Below are positions 41,570 to 53,752 of a stretch of 64,000 nt of DNA, in pieces. Within the stretch, counting starts at the first letter, position 1. Each line of letters opens with the position of its first letter. Made by a program: the position numbers and the translations under genes. The notes below the pieces were generated by a model. That model saw nothing but the letters and a program-made list of their open reading frames with translations, did no database searches and was not told the origin of the DNA. Origin of the DNA: Dipteris shenzhenensis (taxonomy: Eukaryota); the NCBI GenBank assembly GCA_047967505.1, contig CM106538.1. The stretch is one strand, 5' to 3'.

Positions 41570-44500
41570 TCAATCAGTAGGATTTACATCAATGGCCTCA
41601 TCTTGAGCCAAGTCCCACATGCCAAATAATTCTATCTCTAACTATACAAACAATTTATCACCTATATCATCATCGTCTATTGTACATCTACCTAATACTT
41701 GATCCTCTAATCCATCTTCTTCAATAATATTGGGTGATACATGATCCCCATCTACTTTGCCAATGTCAGGATCTCCACCTTCATCCATTATGATGTCATT
41801 ATATGCACTTCATTCTTTCCAACCTATGTCATAATATTCATCTTCTTCCCTAGATTCATCGGGGGTCAACTGGAATATCCATTGGCAGCATCTCTGTATA
41901 TACATGCCCTACCTTCAAAAGTATGTTTACTTTGAGGAGAAGCTTGGATCACATACCCACATGTTGGATCAAAATGATCTGAATGGAAGACCACCTATGT
42001 TCAAGATGCAAATTAAATGCCATAGATTGTATTAATTTTTCTCGGGGGGGTCGCTCATCATATGTAACCCTATCACGTGAGTTCAACAGAAGGATATTTT
42101 TTATTTCTAAAACTTACAGAAATATATAACATGTACCAATTCTTTCAAAACAAAGGCATTGGATTAATTAATTCATTAGAACATACCTGCTCACAATTCT
42201 TAGGAAGAACAAAAGTATCACTTTCATCGGTCCAAAATTTGGTAGAGTCTATGGCAAAGGAACCACTGCTATCTATCCTAACTTAGTGTTAGGATAGTTG
42301 TAGATAGTTCTAAACCATTTTACATCAAGAATGAAAATACTAATCATTTAAAATCTACTGCATAGATTTCATGTATGGTCCCACAATAATCTAATTGTGA
42401 GGAGATAAGATTGGTATCAAAAGCACTTGCTTAGCTATCTTGTATGAAGTTGGCCATGCCCCACAATCAAATGTGATTCTCTTTGAATCTATGCATTCCA
42501 TACAAAAAAGCCATCTATAAGACCATAATGCATTGTACTTTTTGTACTACAAAATAACATCATTAAAGCAATGAGGATACATTTTATAAAGATTGTGATC
42601 ATGAATAAATTAATTGAGTCAAAAGGTAAGAAACTTACATGTAGCATACATCCTCATGCAAACTCTATCTCTCACTCATTATTATCTCCCCATCATCTTT
42701 AGCTTTACAAAGAGCTTGTTGTAGCTAATCATATGATATGTCTTTGGGGAGAAGAGAAAGTTCCCACAGATATGGTTGCACTCACCAGTGCATAACTCTA
42801 AATCTCATCCTTGAATTGACTCTTTCTACTTTGGCCTCTTCATATCTCTCAATCCACTTTTGCATCTCCTTGCTATTAAGGTGATATGATAGTAAGCATA
42901 ACTCACGATGACACTAATCTTGTAGATAGCTATTATAACATTTTTGATAACCATCCTTTCACTATAATTGGGAGGATAAACTATCCAGGCAACAAAGGAA
43001 TTGTAATAATGCATCGCAATCATAGCTATAGTAAGCACGAGGAAAATCATAGGTCTAGTGAGTTTTCAAGCATGTAGAATACTTATAAGAACTTGGGACT
43101 TGAGGCCATTAAGCTTATATTCTAGTTTGTAAATGCTCCTTTCAAGCAATGCATGTGTATTGTTAGTGTCTAGAAAGAGACGATGTTCACCTTGACCGTT
43201 TCCTCCTCTATCTTGGAAAGAATTCATAGTGCATTCAGGAGAACCATTTTTGGACCATGAATTTGGTCCATAAAACACTTGCCTTCAAAGAGGGTGGTGG
43301 TGGATCAAGTTGACCATCACACACAAGATGGTGAAGAAGAAGGTATAAATCATGACCTTCATAAATCATTTTTCTTATATGTGTGGAGTGTCATGCAAGT
43401 GCATTCAAACTACCACCACAAATAGGACAAGCATGGTACCTACTTATAAGCAAGTCCTACATGCATGCATAGAAAGGTCATTATAAGGCATATATAGATC
43501 ACACGAGAAGGCATAAAAGTATCATTAGGCATGCACAAATCTACAATCGTGTACTTGGGAACTCCCCATATCCTAGAAAGTCATGCATGGTTCATATCAA
43601 GGCTGCCCTAATGAAAGTGTCATGGGCATGCCTCAAAGCTCTAGAAATATCAAAGACACATCCTAGACACGTTTGCCTCTCCATAGGGTCTGGAGCTCCT
43701 CTATCAAACGTGACATGTACATGTCGGCATTCTTAGCCTTGTACTTCCCTGGAACAAGTAGGGAAAGAATGAGGTGTCCCTTCTTTATAACACGTTAGCC
43801 ATGGTGGGATTTTATAATTAACTAAGGGTTCATGCCGTCCATTGCAAGCCTAAGATGTACGTTTCCTGGACCAGGATCCCTTGTAAATTCTACCCACATG
43901 TTGTCTATAAGAATAATCTAGAGAAATCCTCAAAGTGTCATTAATGGACCTATTGTAGCATTCCATGTCATCAACTCTACTATAGACTTGCATCTAAACA
44001 TGTGCTATATTTTGGGGATGAGGGAAAGTTTCTCAAGACCTTTACTGGGATCTTCTCACCCTATAATTCCTCTCTATAATGCTATACTCCACACTTTCAA
44101 AAACTAACCAAATTCCCATGCTCATGATGAAAGAGAATACAATCATTAAGAAAAGTGTGGATGATGTCATAATCCATCCCAACCATTGTCAACATCTTAT
44201 TTTTGCTCTCTCTTGATGCAGGCATGGTATTTGGGGTAGGCAACATCTTTTGGAGTAACCTATTGCAATTGAGATGTGTGAGAAAATTTAAGAATGAGAT
44301 ACTAATAACTATTAAAACAATTAAGATCAAAACATCAATTGATATAAATTATATGCTAACCTCATTAAGGCCCAGACACTTGTGTTTGACCAACCATCCT
44401 TTGCTTGCAAATTCAAGATCGACGAGATTCAAGCCTGTAGATTTGAAATCCAAGCACCATCATACAAGCGTGTTGATTGCAACTCCTGCACCACAATCTC

Positions 44501-44613
44501 AGACTCAAATGTCACATGTACATGTGATGTTGTGCCTCTAAAAATAGAATCCATCATGTCCACCATACCCTTGTCATCATCAGCCAAATCAGGGAGAGTA
44601 CCCTTAGGCTCCA
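41570..44613 (-). pseudogene. Second, more decayed CACTA transposase relic, homologous to 6120-10330
   Basis: LQSTRLYDGAWIS, LLQKMLPTPNTMP, YDIIHTFLNDCILF and LNGLKS; DNA colinear with copy 1, with deletions. Confidence 0.85.
42041..42128 (+). mobile_element. Orphan left end of the P-like family
   Basis: CTCGGGGGGGTCGCTCATCATATGTAACCCTATCACGTGAGTTCAACAGAAGG; no matching right end or TSD nearby. Confidence 0.85.
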
Positions 44614-45522
44614 AGCATTAGGGGAGATTTGGGGTCTCAAAAGGGCCTGGTAAGGAATGTATTAAGAAATGGATTAAGTTAATTAGAAGTGAACCTACTA
44701 TGGTATCCCATGGGCTAAGGGCCCCATAGTAATGAATAATGACATGGGTACCTTTATTTTGAAATAGAGCAACCTTGGCCTCTGGATGGAGGTGGATTGT
44801 GGATAGATCAAGGGCCTAGGATGTCTTTGGTGGATGGTGGATGGCCTTTGGTGGGCTCCAAGCTGCAAAATTTGACTTTGGGGAGGCCTAATTAAGAGGG
44901 AGAAGGCACTTTTAATGTGGACCCTTGATCTAAATCTAAGATCAAGGGCTAGGATAGAAGCGCCTGTTTGGAGGGCTAGGATGCAAGCAGCTTTTGGATG
45001 GTGGAGATCAAGATTTGAAATGAATGAACCGGATTCAAGCGCCTATTTGAACATTCCAGATTCAAGTGCATTTTGAACTAACCTCCTCCTTTGATTCCCT
45101 TGCCAATCAATGGCCCAGATTGGAGTGCATTTTGCACTCATCTCCTCCCTTGGATGTCCATCTTGATCAAGGGCTTATATTGACTTGTCTTCTCTTTTGA
45201 TCTCATCCATTGAATCTTGGTCTTGATCAAGGGTTGATATTTGGTCCCCTTATCCTTTGATGCTACCCCTTAGATCTACCCCTTGATCTAATGGCTGGGA
45301 GTGCTCTACCTCAAATCTGAATGTATCCCTTGGATTAGAGATTGGATCAAGGGCTAGGAGTAAAGACCATGGATCCAACTCTAGGTTAGAGGTCTCCCCA
45401 CCCTTAAATGCTTTTGTTAACCTCAACATGGCACTGACCCACAAAAAGGAGCACTCCCATTGGTACACCTCAAATCCCACACTAACCCCTTGAAATTAGG
45501 AAACACTAATTGGGGGCCCTTT
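44614..45522. mobile_element. Non-coding TIR element (terminus (G)GCATTAGGGGAGAATTGGGGTCTCAAAAGGGCC) with repeated GATCAAGGG motifs; related ends at ~3430-3490 and ~57430-57556
   Basis: The left end matches 3490(-), and the right end 45420-45522 matches 57430-57530. About eight GATCAAGGG/CCCTTGATC-like copies lie inside. Confidence 0.65.
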
Positions 45523-47644
45523 GGGCAGTGTGGCTACAAGGGAAATGAGGGAGCCTAATAAGGATTTGGAAGAGACCATTAAAGCATTACAAGTGCTATG
45601 CTTCATGTGAATCATGCATCCTGAAGACTATAGAATATAGCAATTTATTCAAAAACATCAAAATTCGGTTCTATACATACATGCAACCAAGTAGTCATTC
45701 CAAAGTACACTATGTCAGCTTCTCCTCAACCCAAGGACACACCTAAATGAGATCATTACACATGGGTTAACACGCCTCCAATGTTATGCTAAAGTCATGC
45801 ACACCCATTTGAGGGCACGCTTCATAACTTTTTTTTGATTTGTTGAAAACCAAAACGGATTGAAAATTTGGAATCCAAACTAGTGGGACTATTGCATGGT
45901 GGTCTTAAAAAAACGATAGTTGTTGATTATGGTATCTAGATTCACCCTAAAATGGAAGAAGTTTAAAATGTGCAATTTGTGCATGTCAAATATCTTTTAA
46001 TAAATCCAACACTATTTTCAATTTTGAATTGTTTCTTTTTCCATGGACTTTCTTAATATATGGCTCATAAGCATGCCAAACTTCATTGCATTTCATAATA
46101 CATGGCATCAAAGCTGATAGCATTACCTTTGGCCTATTTGTGTTTTGAAGCATTTTAGGTCACATTGTACTTGTTTGGGATATCCAATTCTATTGACGTG
46201 TGTCGACGGAGGGGGGAAACCCGGCAACTAAAAATTTTCGTAAATTTCAAATTTTCACACCTCCCGCCCATCGAATATTAAGTACTTGCAACCTTCCCAT
46301 GCCCTACAAACACCCTGCAACCCGCATGCACCTCGAGGTGACCTTGCACAGACTTTGGTTTGCCATTGTGTTCTTTCGGGTAAGTTGTCTTCCATTCTAT
46401 TCTCACCGCACAAGCTATCGTATCTAAGTCTATTCTGAATTGACCAAGTCCATGGTGTCAATGGCAACATGTTGCTTGACATGGCTTACAAGAGAAGCAA
46501 ATAGAGGCTATGAGATAGGAGAGCTGAAAAGCTTGGTCAAGGCACAAGGAACAGCTTGCGGGTCGAGGAAAGTAATGGCATGGTATCAAAATGGCAATGA
46601 AAGAAACTTTTGCAACATTTGCAAAGGGAGAAACAACAAGAAGAAAGAAGACTCCTTAGAGAGCAACACCACGAAGCAGTTGCAAGATGCACACATTTGA
46701 TCATTGCCAATGGAGAGAAGAACACGAGCTATGGTGTCACGATTGGCAGGAGAATTCAAGGCAGCAACATCAGGCCATTCAATTGAATACCAGTCTTAGA
46801 GGTAGTTTTTCAAATAGCGATTTTAAATACTTCGATCTACATGCTAAAGATGTGCAGGACTTGGTCATGGATGATCAAGTGGATGAGCATCAATCTCACA
46901 ATGAAGATTCCAGTGATGCTTCATTTTATTAAGAAATGGAGAACAACATTGATCCAGTATATGTTCTAATGTGAAAACATTTCAATTTCATTTGAATTTT
47001 GCAAGGTTTAGCAGGGATGATTATCGATGATTTCTTCAACGGTGTGTTTTTCTAGAGGATTTTTTGACTGAAATATCCATGCTAATATTGATGCTACCTG
47101 CAATAGACAATGCTAATATCAATACTAATGTTGATGCTAATATGGACAAAAATATAAACATTACATCTTTTTGGTGTAATATCGACATAAAGCTTTTGGC
47201 CAAAAAGCTAAGTAATATGTGTCAAAAAAGCATCGTAAAAGCACATTAGTGTACTTGGATGTATCAATGTTCCACTATCACTCATCTACAATTTCGGCCC
47301 TTCACATGATATACTACTTTCTACCATGGGATCAATATCTACATGGATAAAGGCTTGTAGATGGCACTAATAGATTCCACACCTAGTCCGTCACACCTTT
47401 ATATTTGTTTTGGCTCGACCTCTCCCATCAAATGATTACTCATACTTATGGCATATCCTATGAACACTCAATTGCAAATATTGCATCTGAACTTCTAACG
47501 ATGTAACACTATAAGAAAATCTTCGAGCTTCACAAGATTAATTTTGCCCTCATCCATGAGCCTTGATCTGGGATTTCTATTGACCTACCCTATCTTCTGC
47601 AAAGGCAATAGATCCCTCATGCATGGAGTTCTCCTCTTTCTCTC

Positions 47645-47890
47645 CTCGGGGGGGTCACTCATCATATGTAACCCTATCACGTGAGTTCAACTGAAGGATA
47701 TTTTTAATTCCTAAATTTCTCAAAAATTAATATACATAAGGGAGCATTTAAAATGAAATGTAAAAAATTTTACAAATTTGTATAGAAAAAGGGTACGCTT
47801 TATTAAGGAAAAATTTACAGATAAGGGATTTTACAAATAGGCCTCGAACGCACGTGATATAGAGGGTTCATACATAGTGACCCCCCCGAG
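47645..47890 (+). mobile_element. 246-bp MITE of the P-like family
   Basis: TIR CTCGGGGGGGTCACT...AGTGACCCCCCCGAG and a perfect TSD TTTCTCTC. It is absent from the paralogous repeat at ~2545-2580. Confidence 0.93.
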
Positions 47891-48244
47891 TTTCTCTCTC
47901 GACGTTGATGGTTTTGAAATCTCACCCAACTATCTTAAAAGTGCTGAGTCTATTTCCCAACCCAATGCGGTGCTCAATGAAGATGCTTGGTCTTGCAGTC
48001 CTAAGGTGAGCATGCTTTGGTGCAGAACAAATGCCGACAAATAAAACACCCAGAGGTTGGGGTTAGCTAATGGAGGAGAATTGTATGATGATGGGAGAGA
48101 ATTGAGTTACTACGCAGTCCACACTTAGACAATAGATTTGAATGAAAGAGAGTCACTTGTCAGTTCATTATCATTGGATCGAATCAACTTGATACAACCA
48201 AGTGGCGTTGGCTTGCAATGAACACTCCCTATCCTAATAGTTCA

Positions 48245-48680
48245 GGTCCATGATACTTTTCAAGGAACTTCAACTAACCTATCTTGAGGCCCATGCAAAA
48301 TATCATGCTATAGGATACCTTTTGCATGGCCAAGAATGAACATTTCCATGTTTTTGTCCATGCATCCCCTCTTCTGGTTCATAAAATTGCACCGGTGGTA
48401 TTCTAGTCATGCAAATGGGATCCGATGGGCATAGTACTCTACAAGGGACTTAAAATCACCTATATTGAGTCCCATGAAAAATTTCATGGCCATGGGATAC
48501 CATTCGCATGGTCAAGAACGAAACATTTCCTTGGCTTTTCCCATGCATCCCCTCTTCTGGTTCAAAATAATGTGTCGGTGGTATTCTAGTTATGCAAATG
48601 GGATCAGATGGCCAAGATACTTCTTTAGGGACTTAAAATTACCTATATTGATTCCTTTGCAAAATATCATGCCATCGGAT
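48245..48680 (+). repeat. ~181-183-bp tandem repeat, ~2.4 copies
   Basis: CCATG-AAAA at 48291 and 48472, ACCTATATTGA at 48458 and 48641, and CCATGCATCCCCTCTTCTGGTTCA twice. Confidence 0.85.
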
Positions 48681-49126
48681 CATATTTACATTTTTATGTT
48701 TTTACCCTTGTATCCGCTCTTCTAGTTCAAAATGCATTGTACTTTTTGTACTACAAAAGAACATCATTAAAGCAATGAGGACACATTTTATAGACATTGT
48801 GATCATGAATAAATTAATTGAGTCAAAAGGTAAGAAACTTACATGGACAAAAATATAGACATTACAACTTTTTGGTGTAAAAAAAGCATCATAAAAGGAG
48901 CTAATGGTAGTAGTGGGTATTATCATACTTGGATGCATCATGTATGTTCCACTATCCCTCATCTATAATTTTTGGCCTTTCACATGATATACCACTTTCT
49001 ACCATGGGATCCATATCTACATGGACAACGCCTCGTAGATGGCAAATAATAGATTTGACACCTGGTCCATCACACCTTTATATTTGTTTTGGCTCGACCT
49101 CGCCCATAAAATCTTTACTCATCCTT

Positions 49127-51779
49127 CGCAAGAAAAGAAGCATCTCGACCTTTTGGTAGAAGCTTTGATCCTTGTATCCTTTAGATCCTACAACCAAAAG
49201 AGCCCTCCTTTCCATACAATGCATGAGCTAGTTCGGTTTGTTGGAAATGGACATGCGGGGTTGCTTGGTTATTGCAATCAGTTAAACAATGCTCAGTCAA
49301 TGGCTATGTAAGCAAGCGAGATGTGCAAAGCCCAAGCAGAGATGCTAGCACATTCAGGAAATCGCACCATTGTTGCAATGCATAACTCTATGCAGGATCT
49401 TCAAAGGGAGAACCAAGATCTTCATGAAAGCCAAAGCATTGGACTTGGAGTGAAATGCATTGGACTTGGAGTGACATAAATTAGAAGAGTCACTCTATAA
49501 GCTAGCTGAGTCCAAAAAAGGCTTGGAAAGATCTATATACAATCAAGCTCAACGAGCCGTAGAGAAGGAACGAGAGAAGTCAGAAGAACGAGTGCAAAAG
49601 ATGAAAGAAACACCTTTGGTATTGAAGGAGAGGAAAATAAGGTACTTACATAACATGGATGCATTGGCACCCACTGGTGGTGCTAGAAAGAGGAGAGTCC
49701 GGGCTACAAGGTTGATTATCAAATGTTCCAATGAGATTACACTCTTTTGTGCTACACTGTTTGTGTTTGTGTTCTTCTTTAGGAACTTCATGGAAGATGT
49801 GATGGGAAGAACAGACAAGAATGATATTGACCATTCATATGCTCTAGCTAGTTTATTGAAGTCAAGCGATGTCATTGGGATACTAAGGGACCCAAGACAC
49901 AAGCACCTACATGTGCAAGTTGCTGAGGAGGTGATGAAGGGCTTCAAGGATATTGTGGATGCAAATGAGATGCTTGCAGCTTGTGATACTGGTAGTGTAA
50001 GTCGTGAAGCTTACACATCTGTTTTCAAAATTTTCAAGTCTGCTATTTTGGGAAAGTATAAGCAGTCTACAGTGCCCCTACCCACATCTTGGTCTGTGAG
50101 ACATGCACGGCGAGAAACAAACCAATGTGCAAGAGAAATGCTTCGAGGGTACCATTGCGTAAGGGGCACAATAACTTATAGCATTGCACTTAGTTCATTT
50201 CCTATATCATGTTTATCCTAACGATTTTTCTCTTTTATTGTACAGATTGCAATGGAAAGCTCATAATTGTCATCAAAATGGATGAAGCTCAATTGGTGAA
50301 AGAACACAAGTTAGAGAGAGTCAGCATCTGCATTGTGAATAAAGCCTTAGCCTTTGTTCAAGGGGATGAAGAAGTAGATCAAGATTTCTCAATGCAATCA
50401 GAGAAAGATATATGGTGTCTTGTCGCATTTGAAACTCCGAAAGAGTGCCATGAGACATTGAAGTGGGTTCTAGATAGAATAGGAATCCCATCGACCATCC
50501 GAAGACAAGAGGAAGGGCAAACATTGACAGTCCATGGCCATGGAACCTTTCAAGTTGAATGGCATCTTGCTAATGATTTGAAAACCCTCAAGTGCTTGCA
50601 TGTTTGTGATACAGAGGCAAATGCAATAAACACATGCCTTTATTGCATGTGTTCGCAACGTAAGCAAAAGGCTGGCTTACAATGGGAGAATGGCATTCTA
50701 TCTTGCAGCCAAACGCAAGCTCCCAATCGTGACAAGAAGGATCTAAAGTGGGATCCCATCTTGCCCATCCCACTTGAGAGAGTACACATATTTACTTTAC
50801 ACACAGAACTTCACGTACTTGATAAGTTGTTGTATCTGCATCTTGTTTATGCTTGGAATTTAATTCCGCAAGAAGTATCCGCACCGTGCATTGCAAAAGT
50901 TGAGAAGTTATTGTCAAAGATGGGATTCCATGGAGGACATGTCAAACTTAAGGAGGATAAGAAAATGTCTGGGGCAACATAGAATCTTCCTGCAAAAGTG
51001 TCCATGGGGGGAGGGAAGGCAAGGAGATTCCTATCGAACCACAATCTCGACAAAGAGAAACATACATTGTCTCAAAGTAGTTTGGGTTGGGAATATTGGA
51101 AAGCATTGTGTGAATGCACAACCAATAAGGGTTCTCATCCTCAAGTAGCAACTTTGAGAGCTAAAGTATGGACAAAGGTAGATGCATTGATAAAATTGCT
51201 TCGCCAGATTCGAATTGATAAGATGTATTATGAAAGGTTCAAGATGGCTGTGAAAGAGTTTATGCAATTAATGGGTGAAAGCATGGGGGGAGTCGCACAT
51301 TACACATTACATGGTAATCTTGGCACCATCGTAATATTTAGCACTTGCTTTATAAATAGTTTTTGTTGCTGATTTGATTTTCATCATGTTTGTAGCATAT
51401 TCTCTATGCACACAGACCATGGTTTGTACAAAATTGGGGTCCTTTGTCCATTTGGAATACACAAGGCATAGAGAAGTCACACTATAGAGCCAAGGCAACC
51501 AACTTCAAGAACTCAAGGCATGGTGGTGGTGTCATTCGCAGCAATGCATTGCATGAGATGTTGGATTGGTTTTTTAGATGTTTACTAGGAAGGACTTTGA
51601 AGTCTAAAAAGGCAAAGGCATCAGAACTTGCAAAAGCATTTCAAATTGTATCAAAGAATAGAAGTCACTGTGCTTGGAAAGCATCCATAGGGAGTCAAGG
51701 AGTCACACGATGTTGGTTGCAAGCTAGAGTGAGAGAAGGGAGCACATGGGTCCAACCACCAACAGAAGCTACGGTATAA
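49127..51779 (+). pseudogene. RAG1/Transib-like DDE transposase A (spliced; few stops/frameshifts; 5' truncated)
   Basis: D at 50281 (IVIKMDEA), D at 50575 (WHLANDLKTL), CLYC at 50635-50646 and LH at ~50797. ITHYM|intron 51314-51395|HILYAH…GPLSIWNTQGIEKSH, with E at 51471. Confidence 0.85.
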
Positions 51780-51887
51780 TTGTATACAAATATGAAATAA
51801 ATATATTGCTTATTTTGACCACAATTTTTGTACTCACTCTTTAATATCTTGCTTATTTTGACCACAATTTTTGTACTCACACAACGT

Positions 51888-52104
51888 TGGGGAAAGTGGG
51901 GACATGGTGAAGGAGGGGGGAGAGAAGGGAGGGTGGGGCAAGGGGAGAGGTGGAGTGGTAGCAAGGGTGGGGGTAGGGAGGGATGGGGGGTATGGGAGAG
52001 GGTGACGGGTGTGGGCGGGGGCAAGTAGGGGGAGGGCAAGGGGGGGAGGGCAATGAGGGTGGGGGGGGGTTGGAGGGGTTAGGGCAGGGGTAGGGGTAGG
52101 GGGC
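51888..52104 (+). repeat. G-rich tract (G-quadruplex-prone) between the transposase and the H3-like gene
   Basis: More than 20 runs of three or more G, e.g. GGGGTAGGGGTAGGGGG. Confidence 0.85.
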
Positions 52105-52110
52105 ATGATG

Positions 52111-52181
52111 AAACCCTAAATGTAATTAAAAGGGATGTCAAAACATGATGGGCCCTTATAAAACGTTTAAAAAAACCCTAA
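52111..52181 (+). promoter_or_regulatory. Telobox / site II / TATA promoter of H3-like gene A
   Basis: AAACCCTAA at 52111 and 52173, TGGGCC at 52149, TATAAAA at ~52157 and ATG at 52195. Confidence 0.6.
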
Positions 52182-52194
52182 CTCTTATTATTTA

Positions 52195-53209
52195 ATGGCA
52201 AGAGTGAAGAACACGACTAGACCGACTGGATGCCGCCTCCACCCTTCCTCCTCTAGCTCCACCACCTCCATGGCATCCGTGCACACGAACCTATCCAGGT
52301 CCGATGGCACCTCCCCCGACTCTCATGAGCCCTCCCCCAACTCTTGTGAGGTCTCCCAAGCTTCTCCTCAGCTTCAGCCTTCCCCTCAACCTTCTCCTCA
52401 GCCTTTCCCTCAGCCTTCTTCCCAGCCTTCCCCTCAACCTTCCCCTTAGCCTTCTCCCCAACTTCCCCTTAGCCTTCCCCTTAGCCTCAGCCTCAACTTG
52501 ACCCTCAACCTGCCCCTTAGCCTTCCTCTCAGCCTCAGCCTTCCCCTCAGCCTCAACCTCAGCCTGACCCTTAGCCTTCCCCTCGGCCTTCCCCTCCCCA
52601 TGAGAGCCCTCTCCGGATCGAACAAAATCTGTTTGATAACCTCCCAGACATAGAGAGACCAAGAAGAGCACCATCTTCCCTCTCCTGAAGATACAGCCCA
52701 TTGTAGAGATGATCCCTGTGCCCATGAGGTGGGTAAAGCAGACTCTGAGGAAGCCCCATCCCAAAGAAGGCCAAAGCTTCAGATGTCAACGAGAGGAGGA
52801 CTCGTAGGAGGACCAACGCAAACAAGAGGATTGGAAGAAGTTCAAGGTAGACAGGAGGCCATGCGAAGGTGTTCGGGTACCTGTAAGGCCCCCACCAAGA
52901 GTCAAGAAGTCGTACAAAGCAAAGCCAGTAGCGTGAGCCCTGAGGGAGATCAGGCAAATGTAGAAGACCACCAACAACTTGATCCCGTGTGCTCCCTTCC
53001 AACATGTGGTACGGGGGATAGCACAAGGATACAAGGATGACATGCGCTTCAACACAGGAGCTATGGGGGTGCTCCAAGAGGCTGCGGAGCAAGTGACCAC
53101 CACTCTATTCAAGGATGCCAACTTGTGTGCCATCCATGCAAAGTGTGTCACCGTCATGGACAAGGACATATGGCTCTGGCGGAGCAGCTACCAAGCGACC
53201 CAAGTTTGA
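52195..53209 (+). pseudogene. H3: Histone H3-like gene A: MARVK start, ~235-aa tail with PQPS repeats, complete histone fold; intronless, with stops
   Basis: VKKSYKAKPVA*ALREIRQM*KTTNNLIPCAPFQHVVRGIAQGYKDDMRFNTGAMGVLQEAAEQVTTTLFKDANLCAIHAKCVTVMDKDIWLWR aligns without gaps to the H3 fold. Confidence 0.92.
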
Positions 53210-53314
53210 AGCCCTAGATTCTCTTTTAGCCCACTCTTAGGACTTAGACCACCCCCTGCCCTTGAAGACACTATCTTGTATCTTAGGCCTGAGGGCCGAT
53301 TTTTTTAAATAAGA

Positions 53315-53752
53315 TATATCGACATTCTCTACACTATCGCATTTTTGTGTATTTTCCATTTCTATGACTGTAGTAACTGATCATTTTAATGTAAGTTTTG
53401 AATTCTGTCAAATCCTGAAGGAATTTCACCGTTGTGCAAAAGGGAAAAGTGTTCGGCACGTTGCCAAGTCCCCAGAAAGCCCAAAACACACCACAGCACA
53501 AATTTGGGCATTTTAGGCCAAGGCGCAAATTTGGGCATTCTGGGCCAGAATGCCTAAATTCACACCGTGGTGGGTTTTGGGCTTTTTGGGGTCCTGGCGA
53601 CGTGCCGAACACTTTTCCCTTTTGTGCGATGGTGAAATTCCTTCAAGATTTGACAGAAATGAACTCTCGATACCCAGAATTGGTGAAAATGATACTAAAT
53701 TGGCTAGAAATTTATTAAATTAACACAATTAAAATGATGTAGAGAATATATC
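53315..53752. repeat. Foldback palindrome (core 53403-53658, centre 53544)
   Basis: TTCTGTCAAATC…AAAAGGGAAAAGTGTTCGGCACGT pairs with ACGTGCCGAACACTTTTCCCTTTT…GATTTGACAGAA; 1-nt loop. Confidence 0.9.

Noticed and set aside
52195-53209. Functional host CENH3 gene
   Set aside because: It has several stops, no introns, canonical loop-1 length and F84, and it is embedded in TE context.
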